DNA of 64,000 bases, taken from assembly GCA_030704665.1 (NCBI GenBank), contig JAUYID010000009.1, forward strand, positions 64,163 to 128,162, in the 5' to 3' direction. Shown here in pieces: positions 27,240 to 36,803 of this stretch. The position numbers and the translations under genes are program-made. The stretch comes from a bacterium (GTDB taxonomy: Bacteria; Patescibacteriota; Microgenomatia; Woykebacterales; RBG-16-39-9b). The notes beneath the pieces are model-generated. The model had not been told where the DNA came from. It searched no databases and was given only the letters and a program-made list of their open reading frames with translations. Position 1 is the first letter of the stretch; each line of letters begins with the position of its first letter.

Positions 27240-29521
27240 TGACACTAAAAAGCTACCAAAAAACTGCCGTGGATAAACTACTAAAGATAAGTAATAAGCT
27301 CCTGAAAAAAGATGGCCAAAGAGTTTGCGTCTTAAAAGCACCAACAGGTTCAGGTAAGACTATTATGATCGCTGACTTTTTGAAACAGCTTGCCGCTGAA
27401 CAGCTGCCCAATTCGTATGCCTTTATTTGGGTGAGTGGTAACAACCTACACAAACAAAGTAGAGATAAGCTCGAAAGATACCTTAATCCAAGCCGCTACA
27501 CCTTCTCTTACCTCGAAGAGATTCAGAACAGTGAGATAAAAGAAAACGAGATTGTCTTTGTTAACTGGCATAGCTTGACCAAACAAGATAGAACTACAGG
27601 TGAATACACCAACGTTTTTATGAGGGACAATGAAACCGATCAAAATCTTCGAACCTTTGTTAAAAACACTAAGGAAAATGGGTTACAAATTATACTGATA
27701 GTTGATGAAAGTCACTATCATTACTGGTCACTAAAATCTCAGCAGCTTGTCCAAGAGGTTATTGGCCCTAAATTGACACTAGAGGTTTCTGCTACACCAA
27801 AACTAGAACCTTCCAGAGATGAGATTGATCATGATGAAGCGGGGTATGTCTCCGTTCGTTTTGATGACGTAATCGCAGAAGGAATGATTAAAAGCGAAGT
27901 GATAATCAACAAAGAGATCGGTAAATACTCGGAATTTTCTAACGCTGCTGATGAAGCGATCCTTTCAGCTGCTTTGGAAGAGCGTCAGGAATTGGCTAAG
28001 CTGTACGAAGAAAGAAAGTCTGACATCAATCCTCTGATGTTAATTCAACTTCCGAGTGAAAGTGAATCAACAAGCAGCCTTGATAAAACTAAGCTTGAGT
28101 TTGTGGAAAGTTTTCTCAAAGAAAAGCACAATATTACAGTTGAAAATGGTTTGCTTGGAATTTGGTTGTCTGAGAGAAAAGATCATGTAGATAATATCTC
28201 TGATCCAGATAGTAGCGTACAAGTTTTGATCTTTAAGCAAGCGATTGCATTAGGATGGGATTGCCCAAGAGCACAAGTACTTGTTATGTTCAGAGAAATA
28301 AAGAGTGTTACCTTTGAAATACAGACTGTTGGGCGAATACTTAGAACACCAGAGGCGAAGCACTACGAGGAGGATCAACTAAATAAGGCTTACGTTTACA
28401 CAAATCTTGAAAAACTACATATTGCCCAAGACAAAGAAAGTCAGTCGTTTTTCCAGGTTTACCCTGCACATAGAACAGCAAAATATTCGAAAATCGAATT
28501 ACCCTCTACATATCTAAGTCGTATTGACTATGGTGATCTTACTCTGAGTTTTAGAAAACTATTTCTCGAAGAGGCTAATAAGTATTTTGGCGTTTCAGAA
28601 AACGACATGCCTAGTGGAGCGAAGAAAAAGGCTGATGTAAAACTCGATCTTCTTCCTAGCGAATTAAAACAACCAGTTATCTCTGATACAGTTATTCAAG
28701 ATATTGATGATCCTGAAAGTATTCTTGGGCCTATTGTTAACTTCCCTGTTCCTGAGGATGATTTGAAATACAAGTTTGAATACTTTGCTAAAGCCCGTTC
28801 TGTTCCTTATGCTCCTGTTCGCTCTCACACAAAAATTCAACAAGCGATTTATGATTGGTTTGACGATTACTTAGGTTACAAAGATTCAAGCAGAATTGAA
28901 ATCCAGCGTATTGTAGTATGTTCTGAAAATAACCAAAAGATTTTCAAGGAAATAATTGAGACTGCAAAGGATCGCTTCAAGGAAGTTAATAAAAAGGAGA
29001 AACAAGCTAAACAGCCTGAAAAAGCAGTTGTTTGGGACGTTCCAGCCCTTCAGTACTTCAATGAGCTTTATGAGGCCATAGAAACCTCTAACTACTCTCA
29101 AGAACCATGTTACGTACAGAAAGGCCGATCAGCTCCTGAAAAAGAATTTGAAGATGAAATTAAAAAAAGTAAGACGATTGATTGGTGGTATAAAAACGGC
29201 ACCAACAAGGAAAGCTTTTTCGCCTTACCTTATCAGCATCCAATCAAGGACACTAAACAAAGTTTCTACCCAGACTTTATCATTCACTTCAAAGATGGTT
29301 CTACAGGAATTTATGACACAAAGAGTGAAGCTACAGCGGAAAGTACTGAAACAGCAGCAAAATCAGACGCTTTGTATGCTTATCTAAAAGAACTCAATTC
29401 AAAGGGGTTTAAAGTCAAAGGAGGGATCGTTAATGTGAAACCCTCTGGAATGTTTATTTACGAGGCTAAGAAGTATAGTACTGATCCTAATTCCCCTGGT
29501 TGGCATAGAGCGGAAATCTAA
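27239..29521 (+). CDS. res: Type III R-M restriction subunit (Res; SF2 helicase plus PD-(D/E)XK nuclease)
   Basis: APTGSGKT, IVDESH, GWDCP, QTVGRILR and FYPDFII...DTK; translationally coupled to mod. Confidence 0.9.
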   Translation: MTLKSYQKTAVDKLLKISNKLLKKDGQRVCVLKAPTGSGKTIMIADFLKQLAAEQLPNSYAFIWVSGNNLHKQSRDKLERYLNPSRYTFSYLEEIQNSEIKENEIVFVNWHSLTKQDRTTGEYTNVFMRDNETDQNLRTFVKNTKENGLQIILIVDESHYHYWSLKSQQLVQEVIGPKLTLEVSATPKLEPSRDEIDHDEAGYVSVRFDDVIAEGMIKSEVIINKEIGKYSEFSNAADEAILSAALEERQELAKLYEERKSDINPLMLIQLPSESESTSSLDKTKLEFVESFLKEKHNITVENGLLGIWLSERKDHVDNISDPDSSVQVLIFKQAIALGWDCPRAQVLVMFREIKSVTFEIQTVGRILRTPEAKHYEEDQLNKAYVYTNLEKLHIAQDKESQSFFQVYPAHRTAKYSKIELPSTYLSRIDYGDLTLSFRKLFLEEANKYFGVSENDMPSGAKKKADVKLDLLPSELKQPVISDTVIQDIDDPESILGPIVNFPVPEDDLKYKFEYFAKARSVPYAPVRSHTKIQQAIYDWFDDYLGYKDSSRIEIQRIVVCSENNQKIFKEIIETAKDRFKEVNKKEKQAKQPEKAVVWDVPALQYFNELYEAIETSNYSQEPCYVQKGRSAPEKEFEDEIKKSKTIDWWYKNGTNKESFFALPYQHPIKDTKQSFYPDFIIHFKDGSTGIYDTKSEATAESTETAAKSDALYAYLKELNSKGFKVKGGIVNVKPSGMFIYEAKKYSTDPNSPGWHRAEI

Positions 29522-29564
29522 GACACTACCGAAACCTGCTATAGAAACTCTTTGGTTAAAAAGC

Positions 29565-31298
29565 TTAGTCTTTTAGATCAAATTTAGAATAAAGCCAGCT
29601 AAAAATCTCTTCCACCTTTGTCCGAGTACTTTTAGACAAAGTTATTTTACTCGAATCGGTCTCAACATCCTCAAGAAAAACCCTTGAAACAAGCTCTTTC
29701 TTGCCTTTTACCAACTCTGAGTTGGATTTACTAACTTTAGTTGGGTAGCTTTCCTTTAGAATAAATTTATAAAAATCCTTGGGATCAAAAATATCTTCAA
29801 TTCCCATACAATCCTTTATTTTCTTGATACTTTCTCCAGCAACGGTATCGTTGTCCTCGAAAAACTCCTTTTTAAGCTGATTGTAAGCTTTTCTACCCGA
29901 GTCTCTATCATCGTCAAAAACAGCTTTAAAAGGATAACCCCAGCCTAATAAAACACTCGCTACATTGGCAATATTATTAACTCCGCAAGCGGGAATGAAG
30001 CAAAGTTTGTCGTCTTTGTCTAAAAGCTTCTGAAAAGCTGAAAGATAATAATGGTCGCTTATACCTTCAACCAGAACGTTAAGTCTAAGATTCGGATCTA
30101 ACAAAGAGTGAGAGGCACTGAGTCCCATCGCTGTCACAATAGGCGAGAGGGCATCCATTCCACCTTTATGCTTTCTCCCACTAAATTGGGCGACAGTTTC
30201 AACCTTTGTACAAAAATCTTTTTCATTAGTTACCAAGCGTATTCTAGCAAACTCCTTGCCAACTACCCCGATAAGATTTGGGTTGTGTGTCGTGTAGATA
30301 ATTTGTGCACCTTTGGAAGCTATTTCGTTCAAAACTTTCTTAACATCTTTTTGGGCCCTTTCATGCAAACCTTGACCAGGCTCATCAATAAGTATCACCA
30401 GATTTTTTATTGAGGATTCCTCGACCCCTAAAGCTCTTAACCTTAAATTAAACGCACTAAACCATTGAAAACCCTGGCTTTTTTGCTCCATATAAAGAGG
30501 GTCGCCATCATTTCGGTCAATTAAGAACTGAATTTTTGGTGATGTTTCGTGCGGAAGTATTTTTACCTTAAAGTTGTAACGTCCATTTTCCTCAAGCTGT
30601 TGCGACCAATAAGTGTTTAGATCATCACTAGCTTCTTTTTCCAACCTACTTTCTTCTCTGTTGACTGCTCTTGCATCCTTTCCAGCTATATCGGAGAAAT
30701 TTGCTTTAAAAACTGCTTGAAAGTCCATTACAGCCTGGTGATTGCTAATATCAGCGACAGGTACTTCTCCAGGAAGAAGATCCCTAAAGGAATCATAAAA
30801 GACGAATTTTCTCATTTCAATTACCAAATCTTTTAAAAGACCTTCCAAGGTAGTTATACTCGCTTTGTTTGCTACCTCTTGCCCTTCAGTCTCTGGTGCT
30901 GGATTATCATCAACTACGAAAAAACTAGCTAATTGCTCAGAATCCTTACTTTCAAATTCAATGTCACCCACGTTTCTTCTAACAAATGTTATTTTTGGAT
31001 TCTTGGTCAGAAATGATCTTAACTTCTGATTCTCTGTTTCGTTGAAAATATTTTCTATATCCCAATCTTCCAGCAGAAAGGTGCAAGTTACTTCTGGATC
31101 CTGCCCTTGCCTTCTTAAAAGACGTTCAAAGTCTGGTTGCGGGCCGTTTCGAAAAAAGTCCAGGGATTCTATAATTGCACTTTTACCAGCCTCGTTTTGT
31201 CCTGCCAGAATAGTGATGTTATCTTTCTCAGGTAGCTCGCAGAATCCAGTATCAACTATAGATTTAAAATTTTTAATTTGAAATGCTGCTAATCTCAT
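29565..31298 (-). CDS. OLD-family ATP-dependent nuclease (ABC ATPase plus TOPRIM)
   Basis: IKNFKSI, GQNEAGKS, LIDEPGQGLH, YTTH, VEGISD and FDDD motifs. Confidence 0.88.
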   Translation of the reverse strand: MRLAAFQIKNFKSIVDTGFCELPEKDNITILAGQNEAGKSAIIESLDFFRNGPQPDFERLLRRQGQDPEVTCTFLLEDWDIENIFNETENQKLRSFLTKNPKITFVRRNVGDIEFESKDSEQLASFFVVDDNPAPETEGQEVANKASITTLEGLLKDLVIEMRKFVFYDSFRDLLPGEVPVADISNHQAVMDFQAVFKANFSDIAGKDARAVNREESRLEKEASDDLNTYWSQQLEENGRYNFKVKILPHETSPKIQFLIDRNDGDPLYMEQKSQGFQWFSAFNLRLRALGVEESSIKNLVILIDEPGQGLHERAQKDVKKVLNEIASKGAQIIYTTHNPNLIGVVGKEFARIRLVTNEKDFCTKVETVAQFSGRKHKGGMDALSPIVTAMGLSASHSLLDPNLRLNVLVEGISDHYYLSAFQKLLDKDDKLCFIPACGVNNIANVASVLLGWGYPFKAVFDDDRDSGRKAYNQLKKEFFEDNDTVAGESIKKIKDCMGIEDIFDPKDFYKFILKESYPTKVSKSNSELVKGKKELVSRVFLEDVETDSSKITLSKSTRTKVEEIFSWLYSKFDLKD

Positions 31299-31383
31299 TT
31301 ATTGCTTTCATTTTGGCAAACAAAAAACTGCCACTTGGGACAGTTCTTGATCAAGTATAGTCTAAGCCACAGTAGGTTTCAAG

Positions 31384-31683
31384 CTAGGGATCGGTCACCA
31401 ATTCGACATCCAATAGCTTTTGCCACTTTTCTCCAAACCTTGTTTCAAGGCTATTTTTAAGGCTGTGGAGAACATCAGCTGCTCCATACAAATGTATGGT
31501 TACTTCTTCGCCAGTTAACATCAGACCCGCTTTGTCTGTTAGAGCAACCTTACGAAGGACTAGTAGGTTGGGGTCGGTGCTGCTTTTGAATTTTGGCATT
31601 CCGTCCGACCACCACGTACCACTAGGGTTTGACGAAATCTTTATTATTCCTTGTTCTACGGCTTCTTTTAAAGTAGTCGACAT
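31384..31683 (-). CDS. Hypothetical protein
   Basis: 99 aa ORF inside the island. Confidence 0.45.
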   Translation of the reverse strand: MSTTLKEAVEQGIIKISSNPSGTWWSDGMPKFKSSTDPNLLVLRKVALTDKAGLMLTGEEVTIHLYGAADVLHSLKNSLETRFGEKWQKLLDVELVTDP

Positions 31684-32273
31684 ACAATTCTTTTATCACG
31701 TGAACGTTTAGTAGTCAACCAAGCGTACTGTGGTAAATAAATGACCTACCTGTTTTAGAAAAATTATTGTCGCACTGGTGAGGCAGTTTCCCAGCTCGAA
31801 TTTTTATCAAAAGAGGGTGTATGGAGGGTCAATCTTAAAAAGGTTTGGAGAGAGTCCTGCCTTGTTTAAGAATAGATGTAATAGTTTCTAACATCGTCTA
31901 TCAAGGAGAGCCATAAAAAAGCTTCTGATCGCAAGGACGGAAGTTTATTTCTTTCTTCTAGTTTGATTCGATCCTCGAATCCTTGTTTTTGCAAAGCAAA
32001 AAATGGGCGCTAAGCGATCATATAGAACGAGTGGTCGCAGGAAACTTTAGTTTCCTACCCCCGGAGCCATTACCTCAAGCTGTCTTCAGCGCAGGATCCT
32101 AACAAAGTGGATCCTATAGTATTTGACTTTTCAAGCTAACTCTGCTATACTTTCAGCTAATAAATCTCATTATTTTTCCCTCAATTCTTGTCGCTAAATC
32201 TGCTTTCAAACTGTTTGAATGTAGACAGAGCGGTAAGAGTTTACACCGACCTTGAGTCGGAGGGAGGCGAGAA

Positions 32274-32678
32274 ATGACGTCCGTATTATCCTGGTTGTTT
32301 GGTAGCAAAACCAAGCAAGCACCGGCGGTTCAGCCACAGAGGCCAGAAAACCCTCTGCTGAACCGACTCCGCGGTATCACCCCAGGGGTACAGGAGGTGC
32401 AGAAGTCGCAGCAGTCCGAGGTGGGCAAACAGCGATTCCTCACGGAGTTAGACGAAGTCAAGGAGATCGTGGAGGGCCTCGAAGGCAAGATGATCGAAGC
32501 CGCCAACGAAGGGCGAGACTATATCGACGTCTACAGGTCTAATTCACGAAGCCCAGAGGGTCTGCGAGGTTTGTCTCGTGCCGTCTTCGACTACTTGGAA
32601 CGAGAGGGCTTTAATCCGATCATCTGGGAGACGTATGACACACTCGGATCTTACAACCTAATTGCAGTTAGATGGTGA
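32274..32678 (+). CDS. GC-rich hypothetical protein
   Basis: Strong SD GGAGG; own promoter TTGACT...TGCTATACT near 32122. Confidence 0.65.
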   Translation: MTSVLSWLFGSKTKQAPAVQPQRPENPLLNRLRGITPGVQEVQKSQQSEVGKQRFLTELDEVKEIVEGLEGKMIEAANEGRDYIDVYRSNSRSPEGLRGLSRAVFDYLEREGFNPIIWETYDTLGSYNLIAVRW

Positions 32679-32900
32679 TCACAAAAAGACCACCCGAATT
32701 AGTGCCCGTTAGAAGCACTCTGGTCGCTGCATACCTGTTCCCTAAGAAGAACAAAATGCAGCAAGTCCTTAAGATAATCATAAACTGGTTAATTTAAGAC
32801 AACAAACTAGCTGAAAGGTTAGTTTTTTGTTGGTAAAAAGTTCCAACATTCTTCATAAACACATTTATTTTCAGTATATTTGAAAACGTGCTAAAAGAAC

Positions 32901-33848
32901 CTACTGAAGTAACTCAAAAAGCACAAAAGACAGATAGAAAAGAATTAGAACAACGCCTTCCGCTCGTGTGATTCCTTGCTTAGATTTGGAAAATAGGTAA
33001 AAGAGCACTAATCCCAAAGCTATGAACAAAAAAGTCATTAAGTAGCCGTCTTTGGTCAGAACTTCCCCGTTGTGAAGCAAGGTAAAAACTCCAAAGAGTA
33101 AGGTATTGGCTGCTGCCGAACCAACATAATCGCCAAAAACAATATCTTTTTTACCTAAAATCACTCCTTTTACCGCTAGACTAAGCTCAGGTAAATTAGT
33201 TCCGATTGAAAGGAAAATTAAACTGATCACGAAAGGTGAGATATTAAAGAAGTTAGAGAAGTAAAGAGTCTTGTCCAAGATTATATTACTGGCAAAGAAG
33301 ACAATCACAATCCCACCAATCAGTTTGGCAATGTCGGTTAGGAGAGTCGTGTTTGGTTTTAAGTTATCAACCATGTCCTCAAAGTTCTCGATCACGCCTT
33401 TTCTTCTTTCGACCAAAATGATTAAAAATAGGTAGAGTAGAATCAAAATAACTCCTTCAAGATTGGATACCCGAGCGTCGCTGACAAAGAGTGCCGGAGC
33501 TGCAATGACCGCGAGGGCTATCACTAAATTCCTGCCTTCAAACTGGTGAGTTAGTCTAATCCCGTTATTCAAGACAGCTAGCAGAGGTATTACCAGTAAA
33601 AAGATAACCACGACACCACCAAGCAGGTTCCCGACAAAAATATCAGGCTTTCCCTCTAGGACTGCCCCTAAACCGACTGAAAATTCTGGTATTGAAGTAA
33701 GCAAACCTAAAACAAGAAAAGAAAAGGCGAAAGGAGATAGTTTTACTCGTTTAGAGTATTTATCAACCGCTGAAATTATTAAACCAGCACCAAACCAAAT
33801 TAGACCGAAGGAAGCTAGATAAATGAAAAGGTTTAGGAACGCCATCAA
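32901..33848 (-). CDS. Na+/Ca2+ (CaCA) antiporter family protein
   Basis: Two alpha repeats, LTSIPE and GTNLPE; multi-TM. Confidence 0.88.
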   Translation of the reverse strand: MMAFLNLFIYLASFGLIWFGAGLIISAVDKYSKRVKLSPFAFSFLVLGLLTSIPEFSVGLGAVLEGKPDIFVGNLLGGVVVIFLLVIPLLAVLNNGIRLTHQFEGRNLVIALAVIAAPALFVSDARVSNLEGVILILLYLFLIILVERRKGVIENFEDMVDNLKPNTTLLTDIAKLIGGIVIVFFASNIILDKTLYFSNFFNISPFVISLIFLSIGTNLPELSLAVKGVILGKKDIVFGDYVGSAAANTLLFGVFTLLHNGEVLTKDGYLMTFLFIALGLVLFYLFSKSKQGITRAEGVVLILFYLSFVLFELLQ

Positions 33849-34062
33849 CTAGAGTTTATCGTTTTGTTCTTTGTTCCACAAACCAGTAAACCACCAAACC
33901 TAAACGAGGGAGGTAAGACTGCCCTGTTGTTGTTAAAAAGTTCCAACCCTTCGATGAACTCAGGACAGGCATACTCGACCAGGGCGAGATGTTGATCCCC
34001 TTTTTAGCGGTCGCCAGGCGAGGCGTGTCTTTTATATTGACCGGGATGGTAAAATTACCAAG

Positions 34063-34461
34063 ATGAAAAATAGAAATCTATGGTTAGTTGTTGCCGCAGG
34101 AGTAGTTTTGGTTGGCTTGTTCTACTACCTACAACCAAAATCTGAAAACAAAAGTCAAAACCCCAGCAACCAAAGTGAAGAACAAAAGACATCCCCAAAA
34201 ACTTTTGAGTGGACGATACAAGGAAAGAAACTGCTATCAGGGCAAGAAACTCTGAAGGTGACCGAAGGTGAGGAAGTCAGTCTCAAAGTAAGCGCAGACG
34301 AAGCCGACGAGCTCCACCTCCACGGCTATGATGTTGCAGTGGACCTAGAGCCGGGCGAGACAGTAGAACTAAAAGTAAAAGCAGACAAAACTGGTAGGTT
34401 TGTAATTGAGCTTGAGGAAGCCAAAGTTGACCTTGGGGCTTTGGAAGTAAGTCCTAAATGA
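34063..34461 (+). CDS. Cupredoxin-like domain protein
   Basis: N-terminal TM; ELHLHGYD...GRFVIELE pattern. Confidence 0.7.
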   Translation: MKNRNLWLVVAAGVVLVGLFYYLQPKSENKSQNPSNQSEEQKTSPKTFEWTIQGKKLLSGQETLKVTEGEEVSLKVSADEADELHLHGYDVAVDLEPGETVELKVKADKTGRFVIELEEAKVDLGALEVSPK

Positions 34462-35822
34462 AACTCTCTTTGAGTCTAGCGGTCTTCCTCGCCTTTCTTT
34501 TTCTCCCCTCACCTGTCTTGGCCCACGGCTTTGGTCAAAAATTCAGCCTTCCCCTTCCCTTTTGGATGTATTTATTTGCTTCTGGTGTGGTCGTGGTTGT
34601 CTCTTTTGTTCTTCTCTCCTTTTTTGCTTCGACCAAAAAAGATATCAAACCTGTCAAGACCTGGGCCGCCCTGCCCGGTTGGTTCATCAGCTTGCTTCGT
34701 TACCTGTTTCTAGCCCTATTTCTGCTGCTTCTCGCAACCGGACTTTTTGGTAACCAACTCCCGGGGGACAATTTTAGCGTCATTTTTTTCTGGATTCTTT
34801 GGACAGTGGGTCTTTTCTATCTTTTTTCTTTTCTGGGAAATTTGTGGCAGTATATGAATCCTTGGCAGAGCTTGTTTTTGGGGTTCAAAAAACTCTTTCC
34901 GGACTACCAACCGCCCCTAAAACTAGCCTCCAAAGTTGCTTTGTGGCCAGCGGTCTTATTTTTTGTTGCTTACATCTGGATCCAAAATGTCTTGATAGTT
35001 TTCAACCCGGCGGACATGGCCCTGCTTCTTGGCGCTTACTCTCTGCTTACCCTCTCGGCTGCCTATCTTTTTGGGGAGGAGTGGTTTGCGAAAGGGGAAT
35101 TTTTCACGGTTCTTTATCAGACCGTTTCCACTTTCTCTCCATTTAAATACCAGAGTAAAAAGACTGAGGTCTACACACCGGCAATTCGTCTGACCAACGA
35201 ACTTACTAGAAACTTTAGTTTGGTAGTTTTTATATTGTTTATGCTGGCGGGGGTTACTTTTGACGGAGTCAAAGAAACTCCTACCTATTTTGGAATAAGG
35301 GACTATTTAGCTTCAAACTTCAATTTTCACGTAGCTTCAAGGCTGTTCCACACTATTGCCCTGCTCCTCCTTTTTGTTGGATTTTTTACAGCCTACTATT
35401 TTTTTAACTTTCTAGTCAGCCGTCTCACCAAGCTAGATTTGAAAAAAACCGGACTTTATTTTGTGACTTCCCTGGTCCCGATTGCGGTTGGCTATGAGCT
35501 AGCCCACTTTTCTTCGCTCCTATTGATTCAGGGCCAAGACATAATCAGAGTGGTAGGAGATCCTTTTGCGTTTGGTTGGAACAGTCTTGGAACAGAGGGC
35601 TTTCGACCAATACTTTTTGTGAATGCGAAATTCTTCTGGTATTTTCAGATAGTTAGTATTATTGCCGGACACATCGCCGGTGTCTACGTAGCTCACAAAA
35701 TTGCCCTTTCTTACCTTGGTAAAAGACAAGCCTTTATAAGCCAGTTTCCAATGCTTTTCTTGATGATTCTCTTCACCATTTTCAGCCTCTGGGTGATCTC
35801 TCAGCCACTAGTAGTGCAATAG
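34458..35822 (+). CDS. Multi-TM membrane protein (often annotated 'fenitrothion hydrolase'-like)
   Basis: AHGFGQKFSLPLP, SLVPIAVGYELAH and GHIAGVYVAH motifs; coupled to the cupredoxin gene. Confidence 0.65.
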   Translation: MKLSLSLAVFLAFLFLPSPVLAHGFGQKFSLPLPFWMYLFASGVVVVVSFVLLSFFASTKKDIKPVKTWAALPGWFISLLRYLFLALFLLLLATGLFGNQLPGDNFSVIFFWILWTVGLFYLFSFLGNLWQYMNPWQSLFLGFKKLFPDYQPPLKLASKVALWPAVLFFVAYIWIQNVLIVFNPADMALLLGAYSLLTLSAAYLFGEEWFAKGEFFTVLYQTVSTFSPFKYQSKKTEVYTPAIRLTNELTRNFSLVVFILFMLAGVTFDGVKETPTYFGIRDYLASNFNFHVASRLFHTIALLLLFVGFFTAYYFFNFLVSRLTKLDLKKTGLYFVTSLVPIAVGYELAHFSSLLLIQGQDIIRVVGDPFAFGWNSLGTEGFRPILFVNAKFFWYFQIVSIIAGHIAGVYVAHKIALSYLGKRQAFISQFPMLFLMILFTIFSLWVISQPLVVQ

Positions 35823-35940
35823 CGAGCCATAAAAACTGGGTAAATGACCACACAATTAGGTAATTTTCGCCTGCTATAGTATAATGTCATGAATGAAAGG
35901 AGGTACACCTAGGTTTAATTAAAAAATCTATCAAAAAATT

Positions 35941-36138
35941 ATGAACGGAACAATTAAAACAAAAACTGATAAGGGCTATGGATTTATTGCCCGTGACGGA
36001 GAAGAAAAAGATCTTTTCTTTCACTCAAATGATTTGAGTGGGGTTAGTTTTGACGAGCTTCAACCCGGAGCTGCGGTCAGCTTCGATGTCGTCGACGGTG
36101 ATAAAGGTCCAAGCGCGAAAAACGTAAAACCTGCCTAA
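35941..36138 (+). CDS. csp: Cold-shock protein
   Basis: KGYGFI and LFFH RNP motifs; GDKGPSAKNV. Confidence 0.93.
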   Translation: MNGTIKTKTDKGYGFIARDGEEKDLFFHSNDLSGVSFDELQPGAAVSFDVVDGDKGPSAKNVKPA

Positions 36139-36167
36139 ATCAGCTACTAAGTTTTACTTAGAACAAA

Positions 36168-36193
36168 GAGCTAGCCGAAAGGCTAGTTTTTTG
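36168..36193 (+). terminator. Rho-independent terminator after csp
   Basis: AGCTAGCC-GAAA-GGCTAGTT followed by a T run. Confidence 0.75.
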
Positions 36194-36242
36194 TTTGGTT
36201 AGGGTTAAAACTAAAGCGTGCTATTTTTGTTAGAATAAAACA

Positions 36243-36803
36243 ATGGGTCTGGTAGACAAAATAGTTTACGCTGATGACGATACCGAAAAAGTAAGCCTAC
36301 TGTTGCGCCTCCGTCTTCCCTGGCTGCTTGTGGGTCTGGTCGGCGGAACAGCTGCCTCCTTTCTCGTTTCCCGTTTTGAACCAATCTTGACCCAAAATAT
36401 TTCCCTCGCCTTCTTTCTGCCCTTGATAGTTTATATGAGCGATGCAGTCGGGACGCAGACGGAGAACATTTTCGTGCGCAATTTGGGTAAAGGGGAAGCA
36501 AGATTCTTTACTTATCTGATCAAAGAATTTTTTATTGGCGTCGGTTTGGGCTTGATCTTTGCAGTTTTGATCGGACTGGTGACGCACTTTTGGATTGGTT
36601 CGATGGAAATAACCACGACAGTGTCACTGGCTATGTTTCTCACTGTCTCTGTCGCGCCCATTATCGCCTTGATCGTTCCGGAGTTGATCACCAAAGAACA
36701 CCGTGACCCAGCTTTGGGATCAGGGCCGTTTACTACTATTGTTCAAAACATTGTCAGTATCATCATTTATTTTCTCGTTGCTTCTTGGGTTTTTTTCTCT
36801 TAG
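36243..36803 (+). CDS. MgtE membrane-domain-only protein
   Basis: RLPWLL, LAFFLPLI, DAVGTQT and DPALGSGPF motifs; no CBS domains. Confidence 0.85.
   Translation: MGLVDKIVYADDDTEKVSLLLRLRLPWLLVGLVGGTAASFLVSRFEPILTQNISLAFFLPLIVYMSDAVGTQTENIFVRNLGKGEARFFTYLIKEFFIGVGLGLIFAVLIGLVTHFWIGSMEITTTVSLAMFLTVSVAPIIALIVPELITKEHRDPALGSGPFTTIVQNIVSIIIYFLVASWVFFS

Larger units (their letters stand above)
21079..32069. mobile_element. Integrative defence island in tRNA-Asn (serine recombinase, type III R-M, OLD nuclease)
   Basis: Flanked by TCCTACCCGAGGAGCCA (21079-21095) and TCCTACCCCCGGAGCCA (32053-32069); visibly AT-richer; recombinase at left end. Confidence 0.85.

Noticed and set aside
29565-31298. Gabija or retron defence system
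   Set aside because: No adjacent GajB/UvrD helicase or reverse transcriptase
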